From Nitrospinales bacterium (lineage in GTDB: Bacteria; Nitrospinota; Nitrospinia; Nitrospinales; VA-1), in assembly GCA_965249625.1 (NCBI GenBank), contig OZ252246.1, forward strand, positions 2,706,236-2,770,235: a stretch of DNA of 64,000 bases. Reading direction: 5' to 3'. The notes beneath the pieces are model-generated. The model was not told the DNA's origin. It saw nothing but the letters and a program-made list of their open reading frames with translations, and searched no databases. Shown here piece by piece: positions 25,246 through 34,413 of the stretch (positions are counted from its first letter, which is position 1; the number at the start of each line of letters is the position of its first letter). The translations under genes were made by a program, and so were the position numbers.

Positions 25246-27012
25246 CTAACCCCCATAAAACTGCTTATTCAGTTTTTTATCCTCATCCGATATTTGATAA
25301 TCTGCATCGTCAATTTCAGAATAATTGACATAAAGCTGGTTTTTGTCCAGCACGGCAATCAGGAATTGTTTTTGTTCTGCTATTGATAATCCGGCAAACG
25401 CATGGATATTTTTATTGATGGTTTCTGGTTTTATTTTGTGGCTGATAAAGTCGGTATTTTCCATTTCATGCCAGAGGGCAGTCAAGTCTTGGGTGGTCCC
25501 GGCTTGTTCGATTTTATCAATGATGTTGGCATTGTGTTGCGTAAGTTCGCAGTAAGTAAATGAGCCACCGCCTTGCCAGTTTATGCTTTTAGAGATACCT
25601 TTGTTATCCTTCCCTTTCACAACATTATGTAACCTTGGTATTAGCGTTTGAATCCCTCCCTCTAATTGCTCAACACCGATAAATGTTCTGCCTAACTTTA
25701 AACTGGTTACAGCAGTCGTTCCACTACCAAGAAAGAAGTCAAGTACTATATCGCCCGGTTCAGATGCGGCTTCAATGATTATTTTCAACAGACTTTCCGG
25801 CTTGGCTGTATCATAGCTTGCTTCCTTTGAGTTTTTAATTAGAGTATTCCCCCAAACATCTCCTAAAACAACATATTTAGCATCTGGTGCCGTTATGAGT
25901 TTTACAACTTTCTCTCTGTTAAGGTCGATTCTGTCAGAAACATATGTTTTTAGACCTGTTCCAGCTTCTAACTCCCATTCAGCGGGAGTTCTACCCATTC
26001 TACCTCTTGTGTAAAACCACCCCTTCGAATCTTTTTCAATTCTGTTAATAGTGGATGTTTTATATGGTCCTAATGGAGGAACCCAATACCTCGAAACCTT
26101 GTCTTTAGCATAAATAAATATATTCTGATACTCAGTAGGCATTGAAGAACTTTTTGAGTGCGACCTTGAACTCCCGCCCTCTCTCCCTTTATGCCAAATA
26201 ATTTCGTTAACAAAATTTGATCTTCCAAAAATCTCATCCAGCATAACTTTCATGTAGTGAGACTCGTTGTTGTCAACATGTATAAAAATATTTCCATCAA
26301 TACTTAAAATGTTTCTAGCAGTTAGCAGACGACTTCGCATAAAAGTCAACCAGGTAGAATGGTTAAAACTATCATTGTAAGTAAAGCTATCTCGTTCTGT
26401 GTTGAATGGCGGGTCAATATAAATCAGTTTGACCTTACCCGCATACTGCTTTTTCAAACAATGCAAAGCCAGCAGATTGTTGCCCTTGATAATCAAATTA
26501 TCATCAATGCCAATGCTTTCTACTTTATGCTCGCTTTCTTTATCGTATCTCTTGAAACTGGTTAATACCTTCGGGTCAAGCAAGCGGTCAATTTCATCCG
26601 AAGCGAGGGTTTCATTCCAGAATATTTCTTTGCGTTTCTGCTCCTCTTTAGTCTGCCCGCCTTCCAGCACACAATCTTTATACGGCCATGCTAAAACCAC
26701 CTCTCTGCTTTCCGTTAAATATTCCCCGTTCGCCGTTAAACCGATTTTGTTTTTGAATGCGGTGTAGCTGTCGGGTAAAAATTGTTTGTTGCTGACAAAA
26801 CTTTGAAACGCCACCTTATCAAATACCAGTACACCAGCTACATCCTTGAAAAACTGCTTTTTGACTGCCCCACTCCCCAACAACAAGGCAAGCAAACCTT
26901 CATCCATTGCAAGTGCCAGCTCAACAATTTTATTTTTCACCAACTCACCATCAACGACCAGACGCTCATCGCCTTGTAGTGTGGCTTTTAATTCTTCTAA
27001 TAAATTTTGCAT
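25246..27012 (-). CDS. mod: Type III R-M Mod subunit (N6-adenine DNA methyltransferase, beta class)
   Basis: Motif IV LIYIDPPFNT precedes motif I DFFLGSGTTAVTS. The N-terminal region (TAFKNKIGL) is typical of Mod proteins. Confidence 0.88.
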   Translation of the reverse strand: MQNLLEELKATLQGDERLVVDGELVKNKIVELALAMDEGLLALLLGSGAVKKQFFKDVAGVLVFDKVAFQSFVSNKQFLPDSYTAFKNKIGLTANGEYLTESREVVLAWPYKDCVLEGGQTKEEQKRKEIFWNETLASDEIDRLLDPKVLTSFKRYDKESEHKVESIGIDDNLIIKGNNLLALHCLKKQYAGKVKLIYIDPPFNTERDSFTYNDSFNHSTWLTFMRSRLLTARNILSIDGNIFIHVDNNESHYMKVMLDEIFGRSNFVNEIIWHKGREGGSSRSHSKSSSMPTEYQNIFIYAKDKVSRYWVPPLGPYKTSTINRIEKDSKGWFYTRGRMGRTPAEWELEAGTGLKTYVSDRIDLNREKVVKLITAPDAKYVVLGDVWGNTLIKNSKEASYDTAKPESLLKIIIEAASEPGDIVLDFFLGSGTTAVTSLKLGRTFIGVEQLEGGIQTLIPRLHNVVKGKDNKGISKSINWQGGGSFTYCELTQHNANIIDKIEQAGTTQDLTALWHEMENTDFISHKIKPETINKNIHAFAGLSIAEQKQFLIAVLDKNQLYVNYSEIDDADYQISDEDKKLNKQFYGG

Positions 27013-27417
27013 ATCTGTTTGTAGTTCTCTTTATGAATTTTATCCGCTGGATTGATACTTTCAAACGCATAGCACTTGAATTCAGAGAGTGATGCAACCG
27101 TCCGCTGGAGTAATTTATCAGGTTATTTTTTATTATATGCGATAATCTTCGGCCTAAGCGGTTATGGAATAGTTGGCTAACATTTTAGACCAAGGTAATT
27201 TTTTTCACAATAAAAGCCTCTACTTTTTCCTATCTACACGTAAAACTAAGAGAATAGAGCAAGTTTTTGTATTCCTTCTATTTTTACGGTTGGTTAAATA
27301 TCGCGTTTCACCCGTATTTCTTTTAACTTAAAATATCGCCGACTGTTCAAGATGCTTGCGGTTTAACACCCCATTGGTGTAAGCTGAGGGACTCTATAAC
27401 AAAAACGGTAATGAGTC

Positions 27418-28728
27418 ATGATTCCCGAATTATTGTCACCTGCTGGCAGCCCTGAGAAATTAAAATATGCTTTGGCGTATGGTGCGGATGCGGTCTATGC
27501 GGGCATTCCCAAGTTTTCCTTGCGGGCCAGAGAGAATCCTTTCAAAAACGATTTGCTTGAAGAAGCCATTGCCTACACCCACGATAAGGGCAAGAAGATT
27601 TATGTTACGGCCAATATTCTTCCGCCCAACCGGAAAATTGAATCCTTTAAAAAATCCCTGGCTCAACACGCTGCATTGGGGCCTGATGCATTCATCATGG
27701 CTGATCCGGGGATGATTCAGTTTGCTCTAAAGGAGTTTCCCCAGATTCCGGTTCATCTTTCGGTGCAAACCAATACTATGAATTGGTCCTCGGTGGAATT
27801 TTGGTACAACCTTGGAGTTAAGCGGGTCATTTTATCGAGAGAGCTTTCCCTGGAAGAGATTCAGGAGATCCATGACCGGGTTCCAGATATGGAACTGGAG
27901 GCTTTCGTGCACGGGTCAATTTGTATTGCTTATTCTGGCCGGTGCCTGTTATCCAATTATTTCAATCACCGCGATGCCAATCAGGGCACGTGCACCAACA
28001 GTTGCCGATGGGAATTTAATGTTAAGGAGGAAGTAGAAAAAGAAACCGAACAATATCAGCCGCTTAAGGGGCAGTATGCCATTGAGGAAACTTCGCGAAA
28101 AGGCGAAATGATGCCTGTCGATGAAGACGAGCACGGTACTTATATCATGAACTCGAAGGACTTGAGGGCGGTGGAATTTTTAAAACCGCTTCATGAAGCC
28201 GGTGTCATGTCATTTAAAATAGAGGGCCGATCGAAATCCATTTATTATTTGTCCATGGTCACCCGGGCTTACCGTAAGGCCATTAAAGATCTGGCAGAAG
28301 GACGTTCATTCGATCCCGAATTACTTGGAGAAATTGATAAGACGGCGAACCGGGGTTTCACATCCGCGTTTTTAATATCCGCCTCCAATCGGGACACCGA
28401 GCGGTTTGATTCACCGCAGGAGAAAGATCAGGCTCAGATTTTTGGTGGGCAGGTTGTGAATGAGCGGCCGGGTTGGATGGAGGTAGAAGTTAAAAACCGA
28501 ATCGAGCTGGGGGATGAGGTGGAATATATTTCCCCCAGCGGGCAATTCAAATTTTCCATTGATGCTATGGAAACAAGTACCGGGGAAAAAGCAACTGTCG
28601 CACACGGAGGCAATGGAACGATCTGGATTGGAATTGATCGGCAGGCAGAACCGTTCGCACTATTAAGCCTGTTGCAGAGAGAGCTTTGCATAACCCCGGA
28701 TTCTTCGTCACCTTGTTCCTCAGAATGA
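27418..28728 (+). CDS. U32-family peptidase-like protein, with the C-terminal 17 aa encoded by an inserted MITE
   Basis: MIPELLSPAGSPEKLKYALAYGADAVYAG, a U32 signature region and a Cys cluster. From codon AGA at 28678 the frame runs into the MITE (RELCITPDSSSPCSSE*). Confidence 0.85.
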   Translation: MIPELLSPAGSPEKLKYALAYGADAVYAGIPKFSLRARENPFKNDLLEEAIAYTHDKGKKIYVTANILPPNRKIESFKKSLAQHAALGPDAFIMADPGMIQFALKEFPQIPVHLSVQTNTMNWSSVEFWYNLGVKRVILSRELSLEEIQEIHDRVPDMELEAFVHGSICIAYSGRCLLSNYFNHRDANQGTCTNSCRWEFNVKEEVEKETEQYQPLKGQYAIEETSRKGEMMPVDEDEHGTYIMNSKDLRAVEFLKPLHEAGVMSFKIEGRSKSIYYLSMVTRAYRKAIKDLAEGRSFDPELLGEIDKTANRGFTSAFLISASNRDTERFDSPQEKDQAQIFGGQVVNERPGWMEVEVKNRIELGDEVEYISPSGQFKFSIDAMETSTGEKATVAHGGNGTIWIGIDRQAEPFALLSLLQRELCITPDSSSPCSSE

Positions 28729-28869
28729 CAAATAGCCTTGCATTGTCATTCTGAATGCTTCGGCTTCGCTCAGCACAGGCTCCGTGAAGACGTGATATTT
28801 TTCCTTAACCTTCGTGCCCCGAAGGGGTAATCTCGCTTTTCTGTTTTTTTCGACTTACGCAAAGGTCTC
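28679..28869. mobile_element. MITE copy (191 bp) inside the 3' end of the U32 gene, TSD TGTTGCAGA
   Basis: GAGAGCTTTGCATAA...TTACGCAAAGGTCTC. Identical TGTTGCAGA at 28670-28678 and 28870-28878. Confidence 0.85.
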
Positions 28870-28923
28870 TGTTGCAGAAGGCCAAAATGGCTGAAACCGT
28901 TTAAAGTCAACTGGGAATTTTAT

Positions 28924-29229
28924 TTACTTACGGTTGTTTTTGTCATGGTGGGTTTTGGTGATTTGCGCCCAGAACAGGGTGAGAACAACACCAATGGTCA
29001 AAGCCAGTCCTAACCAGCCAGACAGGGTATTGATTCCGTAATCGAAAATATCTTTAGCCAAGGCTCCATCAAAGGCTATTGCTGCCACAATAAAGATTAG
29101 GAAAAAAAGAAGTTTTTTCAAGATCGGTTTCCGATTAATGGGTCCCCTGCCAATATGGATTGATTTTACCAATATATTTGATGGATGTTGTCTTCCCGGC
29201 AGGGATAAAGTTCTTTGCTCCCCAAACAT
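28924..29229 (-). CDS. small two-TM membrane protein (start probably internal, TTG at 29121)
   Basis: The C-terminal 65 aa read (M)KKLLFFLIFIVAAIAF...LSGWLGLALTIGVVLTLFWA. The upstream part of the tracked ORF has no coding-like features. Confidence 0.35.
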   Translation of the reverse strand: MFGEQRTLSLPGRQHPSNILVKSIHIGRGPINRKPILKKLLFFLIFIVAAIAFDGALAKDIFDYGINTLSGWLGLALTIGVVLTLFWAQITKTHHDKNNRK

Positions 29230-29336
29230 ACGGGTCCCATAATCATAATGAGGTTCTCTTGTTCTGGAATTTTAGCAAGAAATTTTGTTGGTGCAATTGA
29301 TAAAATTTTTAAACAATTTAATCGGTATTTAATTTC

Positions 29337-30344
29337 ATGTCTGTCCCGCTGATGCAAGCGTTAAAAATTGGGTCTTATGTCTTTCGGCAAAAATTAAAGG
29401 GCAACAAGCGGTATCCTCTGGTGATGATGCTGGAGCCTTTATTCCGTTGCAATTTAGAGTGTATTGGCTGTGGAAAAATTCAAAAACCCAATGAAATATT
29501 GAAACAGAATATGACTCCGGAGCGGTGCTTTAAAGCCGCCAGAGAATGTGGCGCCCCTGTAGTTTCCATAGCGGGCGGCGAACCATTAATGCATCCGGAA
29601 ATTGTACAAATCGTTGAAGGCCTGGTTGCTATGAAGCGTTTTATTTATTTGTGCACCAACGCCATTCTGCTTAAAAAACATCTGGATCGACTGCCAGTAA
29701 GCCCTTATTTGACCCTTTCCGTTCATCTGGATGGAATGGAAGAGGAGCATGATCGCATTGTTGATCAGAAGGGAACTTTCAAACTGGCTATCGAGGCGGT
29801 TCGAGAAGCGAAGAAAAGAGGATTCCGGGTTACCAGTGCTACCACCTTTTTCGAAGATACGACTGTAGAGATGGCCGAGGAATTTTTGGATTATTTAGCC
29901 TCTTCTGGGATAGACGGAGTGACCATGGCTTCGGCATTTCGTTACCCGGACGCTCCCGATCAGGATCATTTTTTCGGACGTCGGCGCACATTTGAATTTT
30001 TCGACAAATTGCTGGCGAAAAATAAAAAGGGCCGTTGGGATTTGAATCATTCGCCGCTTTATTTAGAATTTTTGCGCGGGAAAAAGGATTATTCCTGTAC
30101 GCCCTGGGGGAACCCGAATTATTCCGTGCTGGGTTGGCAGAAGCCCTGTTACCTTTTGGATGACGGTTATGCGGAAACTTATACGGAATTGATGGAAACC
30201 ACCGAGTGGGAAAACTATGGTCATCAAAATAACCGGAAATGCGCGGACTGTACGGCTCATTGTGGTTATGAGGCCACAGCGGTTGAGGATGCGACATCCA
30301 GTTTAAAAGGTATGTTTGATTCCGCTAAAGTGGTTTTTCAATAA
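29337..30344 (+). CDS. hpnH: radical SAM adenosyl-hopene transferase
   Basis: LEPLFRCNLECIGCGKIQ (CxxxCxxC) and overall HpnH-like length and sequence (YPLVMMLEPL..., WGNPNYSVLGWQKPCYLL). Confidence 0.85.
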   Translation: MSVPLMQALKIGSYVFRQKLKGNKRYPLVMMLEPLFRCNLECIGCGKIQKPNEILKQNMTPERCFKAARECGAPVVSIAGGEPLMHPEIVQIVEGLVAMKRFIYLCTNAILLKKHLDRLPVSPYLTLSVHLDGMEEEHDRIVDQKGTFKLAIEAVREAKKRGFRVTSATTFFEDTTVEMAEEFLDYLASSGIDGVTMASAFRYPDAPDQDHFFGRRRTFEFFDKLLAKNKKGRWDLNHSPLYLEFLRGKKDYSCTPWGNPNYSVLGWQKPCYLLDDGYAETYTELMETTEWENYGHQNNRKCADCTAHCGYEATAVEDATSSLKGMFDSAKVVFQ

Positions 30345-30889
30345 CTACGAGGCGTAGGGCCGACTAGCAAGGGCTCGTTGAGCCGTCTACGTCTCCCGCT
30401 CGGCACTCGCTCCCGTGAGAAGGAACTGGGCAAAGGCTCATTCAGCCGAGACAAGTTTTTGTTTGCCGAGGAAAGTTATTGCGCACTGGCTCCACGCCTG
30501 ATGGGAGTAGCCGAACCCAATCAAAAATAATCGAAGATTGCCCGCAAGTGTGGCTTCGTCCTGGGTTCCGTCCATGTACCAGCCTGATTCCCAAGCCAGG
30601 ACTTTCTAATAAAGATAAAACTCTGTTTGCAAATTCCCCTGCTTTATGAGGGCAACATTTTATGACGGGAATAGGCCGGAATTCTATCACCCATTTGTAT
30701 TTCCGCAAAAAAACATCTTTCCTATACAAGTATTCCAGTAAGAACCTCTTATTAAACAGACCTCCCCCACCTTTAAATTACAATCTTGAAAAGAACTGTG
30801 ATTTGTCCGAGAATGTCAGATTAACGTTTGTTCGCGTTAAACTTTCCTGTTCCTTGAATAATGCCAAAACTAATCGGGTTTTAAAAAAA

Positions 30890-32467
30890 ATGGGTTTATT
30901 TACCGCCAGACCTTCTTCTGCCCAATTCCTTGTGGAAGATCCCTGTTTTCTCGATGTCGGTGAACACCTGGACTGGCAAGGTCAATTCGGAAACGGCCAG
31001 CCGATAAAACTGGAAATCGGTTTTGGAATGGGAGATTTCCTGATTGAAATGGCGACCCGGGAACCCCATAGCAATTTTGTCGGGATAGATTTTTCCCAAG
31101 ATGGTATCCGCAAATTATTGGTCCGGATTAAAGACCTTCACATAAAGAATATTCGTGTTGTCTATGGCGATGTCCGGGAAAAAGTCCCTCTCATTTTCCA
31201 TGATGGCGAATTGGATACAGTCTATATCAATTTCCCCGACCCCTGGCCGAGAAAAAGGCATTTTAAACGACGGCTGATCAAACCAGCATGGGTCACGCTG
31301 ATCGCCAGGAAGCTGACTCTGGAAGGTCACGTTTATCTGGCCACCGACAGCGAACCCTATGCCCATGAAATTCTTAAATATTTTAATGCTGAGCCCTTGT
31401 TGCAGAATAAAAGTCAGGAGCCTGGTTTTCTTTTTCGCCGTGACCAACTGCCCAAAACGAAATACGAAAAAAGTTTTATTTACGCTGGGGATAAAATCCA
31501 TTACCTGGAATATTCCCGACAAGCGGCAAAGGGACAACCCGGGGGAATTGTTTCTTCTGTACAAGAAGAAACCAATGAGCTTGCAGAGGAAAAAACCTTG
31601 AGCAATGACGAAATGATTAAAAAATTTGAACGTGCTGAAGCGAAAGCTAAAGATGCCTGTGACCTTCAACAGCTTGGCGGCCATTTAGCCTGTGCAGGAG
31701 ACAGGCAGTGGGCCGAAAAAGTTTATCAAAAAGCCGAAGCCATGGCCGAAGACAGTCTGGATTTGAATTGGCTGGCCTACAGTGTTTCTGAAACACTGGG
31801 TGATAAAGACTGGGCGAAAAAATTATACGATAAAGCCGAAGCCATGGCCGAAAGCAGTCTGGACTTGAACTGGCTGGCCTACAGTGTTTCAGAAACACTG
31901 GGCGATAAAAACCGGGCAAGAAAACTCTATGAGAAAGCTGAGAACAACCCCCAAAACATTCGTGAACTCTGTGATCTCGCTGACAGCATTTCCGAAACAT
32001 TGGGCGATCAGGAATGGCAAATAAAAGTTTATAAGAAAGCCGAAGCTATGGCGAAAGAGCATTCCGACTTCTACGAACTTGCCGACAGCGTCTGTGCAAA
32101 GCTTGGCGACAAAAAATGGGCCAGAGAACTCTATGAGAAAGCCGAAGACACGGCCCAAGACAGCAGCGACCTCCATAGTCTGGTCGAGTGCCTTGCAGAA
32201 AAGCTGGGCGATCAGGAATGGGCTAAAAAAGTTTATTTAAAGGCCGAAAGCATGGCCCAGGACAGCACTGATTTCTGCTGTCTGGCCGAGAGCCTGTTGC
32301 AAAATTTGAGTGATGAGGAATGGGCCAGGAAGTTATATAAAAAAGCTGAAGACCAAGCTGAGGAAAATTTTGAATACCGCTGGCTGGCCGACAGCCTGAG
32401 TGAATTACTGGGTGATAAAGAATGGGCTGAACGGGTATGTCAGAAAGCGAAAAACCTTTTTAGCTGA
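30890..32467 (+). CDS. trmB: tRNA (guanine-N7)-methyltransferase fused to eight 34-residue TPR-like repeats
   Basis: From ATG 30890: LEIGFGMGDFLIEMA, VGIDFS, INFPDPWPRKRHFKRRL (TrmB motifs). This is followed by a ~270-aa repeat domain. The track start at 30662 adds 76 non-homologous residues. Confidence 0.85.
   Translation: MGLFTARPSSAQFLVEDPCFLDVGEHLDWQGQFGNGQPIKLEIGFGMGDFLIEMATREPHSNFVGIDFSQDGIRKLLVRIKDLHIKNIRVVYGDVREKVPLIFHDGELDTVYINFPDPWPRKRHFKRRLIKPAWVTLIARKLTLEGHVYLATDSEPYAHEILKYFNAEPLLQNKSQEPGFLFRRDQLPKTKYEKSFIYAGDKIHYLEYSRQAAKGQPGGIVSSVQEETNELAEEKTLSNDEMIKKFERAEAKAKDACDLQQLGGHLACAGDRQWAEKVYQKAEAMAEDSLDLNWLAYSVSETLGDKDWAKKLYDKAEAMAESSLDLNWLAYSVSETLGDKNRARKLYEKAENNPQNIRELCDLADSISETLGDQEWQIKVYKKAEAMAKEHSDFYELADSVCAKLGDKKWARELYEKAEDTAQDSSDLHSLVECLAEKLGDQEWAKKVYLKAESMAQDSTDFCCLAESLLQNLSDEEWARKLYKKAEDQAEENFEYRWLADSLSELLGDKEWAERVCQKAKNLFS
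31628..32443 (+). repeat. 8 x 102-bp in-frame tandem repeats within the trmB 3' half
   Basis: Units of 34 aa with consensus KAEamAedS.Dl..LA.SvsE.LGDkeWAkKlY. Units 2 and 3 (31730-31831, 31832-31933) are nearly identical at the DNA level. Confidence 0.85.
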
Positions 32468-32719
32468 GATACCGCAGTTGCAGTTAAGAGTGGGGTCCGC
32501 TCACTTGCACTACGCTACATTTGTGTTTACAAGTTTTGTAAAAACTTTTCTAAACTAGAAGAAGGGAAATTGGCCCTAATCTGCCTATTGGCTTGTGGAA
32601 AACTGCTACGCAGTTTACCCACAGGGCCAACAGGCCCGACAACTACTGCTATTAGTATAAATGTTAATGGTTTAAGGCCGTTTACAAACTTTGTACAAGC
32701 AAATAGTGACTATCCCAGC

Positions 32720-33244
32720 TCACTCGTGACATTCTTCAATGCAGGCCTCTAAACCTTTGCCAATGACTTCTATGATTTCATTTTTCAGGGTTTCACCTAA
32801 CTCATTAATTCCGCCCTCATCGCAAGTTTCTATTTTCCACTCATAACCTTCAGATAGATCTTTTTCGGTGCACATTTTTTTGACTTCGGCAATAGCCTCT
32901 TCCTTTGTGTCAGATTTCAATGGAGCTTCCAGATTGGTGTTAACTGGAATATGTCCGACATTTAAATCATAATGAGCAGTGAATCCATCCCAGAAGATAT
33001 TTTCATCTGTTTCATCCTGTTCGAGTCGTTCTATGATGTTGTCTGTTAATTTATCATCAAAAGTGTTGATTCCCCCGTGCTCACATCCTTCAATTTTCCA
33101 CTCATAACCTTCGAATAATTTTTTTTTGTCTATCATTCTTTCAACTTCTTTGTTGGCTTCTTCTTTAGTGGTTCTGGATTTCAATCGTACTTCCAGATTT
33201 GTATATACATAAATATTGCGAATTTTTAATTTCAAACTACTCAT
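32720..33244 (-). CDS. hypothetical protein with an internal tandem duplication
   Basis: ATG 33244 with AGAGGA SD. Two ~80-aa halves share L(K/E)..LKS.T.EEA..EV..M...K.L.EGYEWKIE.C..GGIN. Confidence 0.5.
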   Translation of the reverse strand: MSSLKLKIRNIYVYTNLEVRLKSRTTKEEANKEVERMIDKKKLFEGYEWKIEGCEHGGINTFDDKLTDNIIERLEQDETDENIFWDGFTAHYDLNVGHIPVNTNLEAPLKSDTKEEAIAEVKKMCTEKDLSEGYEWKIETCDEGGINELGETLKNEIIEVIGKGLEACIEECHE

Positions 33245-33647
33245 TTTTAATCCTCTATTAGCGGTTCCTGCCAAAAGGCTTTATATTATTTAATTTTCGA
33301 TCCTGTTTTCAAGGGATTAGAGTTGGAAATTAAGATAAGGATTTAATATATACTGAAGAATATTACGGGGACCTCTAAAAATTGCTGTTGGCCAGGAACC
33401 GCCCTTATGAATTCTGGACACGAATAGGTATCCACAAGGACGCCGTGAGAGTTGCCCCGGACCGGAATCTTAAATTATTAGAGGCCCCCTTTTTTATTGA
33501 GCCGCTTTTACCCTTTCCACCATTCAAATTCCTTCAAAAATGTGAAGCAAAGAAAAAAACCTCCCGCGACTCTCTAGGAAAGGGGCACCGGGGAGGTTTT
33601 TATTTAAATCAATATAATCACTAAATTAATAACTCTACCAAAAGCTT

Positions 33648-34190
33648 ATGACTCTAGATAATTTCTTTTTAGCAACAATTAAAGACGTTACAGCCCGAAT
33701 AAGGTCAGACGACGAATATAAATTAATAAGAATGGCAGGGTTGCTAAGACACTTAGTTCTAGACGGCCCAAAAAGCTTAATTCATCAAGTCAATAAAGAG
33801 AGGAAAATAAAACTTCAGTTTACGGTTAGACAAATTGATGCCAAGAATAGAAAAGGTGAGAGTATAAATTATTGGGGCTATAGGGGCTTTAAAACTTATA
33901 AGGCATATCCTAAGATTGTTTCATTGAATGGTTTTTTAAATCACCCCTTTGGCTTTGACATAATCCATAAAAGAAACTTAATGATTAAAGATTACATTAA
34001 ACATTTTGCCCATGTTCAAGGTGGGGTTCATTCTGGCAAAGCTAAACAAGCTCAAGATATATGCTTATCGTTTTATATTCAGATGTCAAAAAATGAGTCA
34101 ATACCATTGGACCTCAAAACATTACCGTTGATAGCAAAAACAATTCTTACAGGTCTTAAGCCATTAAAATTGGCCGTTCAAAAAAAATAA
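33648..34190 (+). CDS. hypothetical protein (180 aa)
   Basis: ATG ORF in AT-rich DNA. No recognisable domain. Confidence 0.45.
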   Translation: MTLDNFFLATIKDVTARIRSDDEYKLIRMAGLLRHLVLDGPKSLIHQVNKERKIKLQFTVRQIDAKNRKGESINYWGYRGFKTYKAYPKIVSLNGFLNHPFGFDIIHKRNLMIKDYIKHFAHVQGGVHSGKAKQAQDICLSFYIQMSKNESIPLDLKTLPLIAKTILTGLKPLKLAVQKK

Positions 34191-34413
34191 GCAACAAAAC
34201 TTTTAACGGACCCCCCCCCTGCTTTTTGAAGGGGAGCCGCACTAATTCATTAAAAAAAACCTCGCCTTCATCAAAACCTCAACCCTCTTTCCTTTTCCTC
34301 ACCAAACAGTTAAAATTCAATCGTAAGACCGCAAACGACCCAAAGCGATCATTGAATATTACAAAGGATAACCTAACCATTTTAGACAATCCAATACTTT
34401 TGAATAGCTGGAT

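Noticed and set aside
30442-30729. 95-aa minus-strand ORF, and the 30662 start of the trmB ORF
   Set aside because: The region 30345-30890 contains post-stop-motif-like repeats and no homology. TrmB similarity starts at ATG 30890, and the upstream 76 codons look like non-coding read-through.
33382-33624. 80-aa ORF in the spacer before 33648
   Set aside because: It runs across a terminator-like hairpin (33553-33604), has heterogeneous composition and shows no homology.
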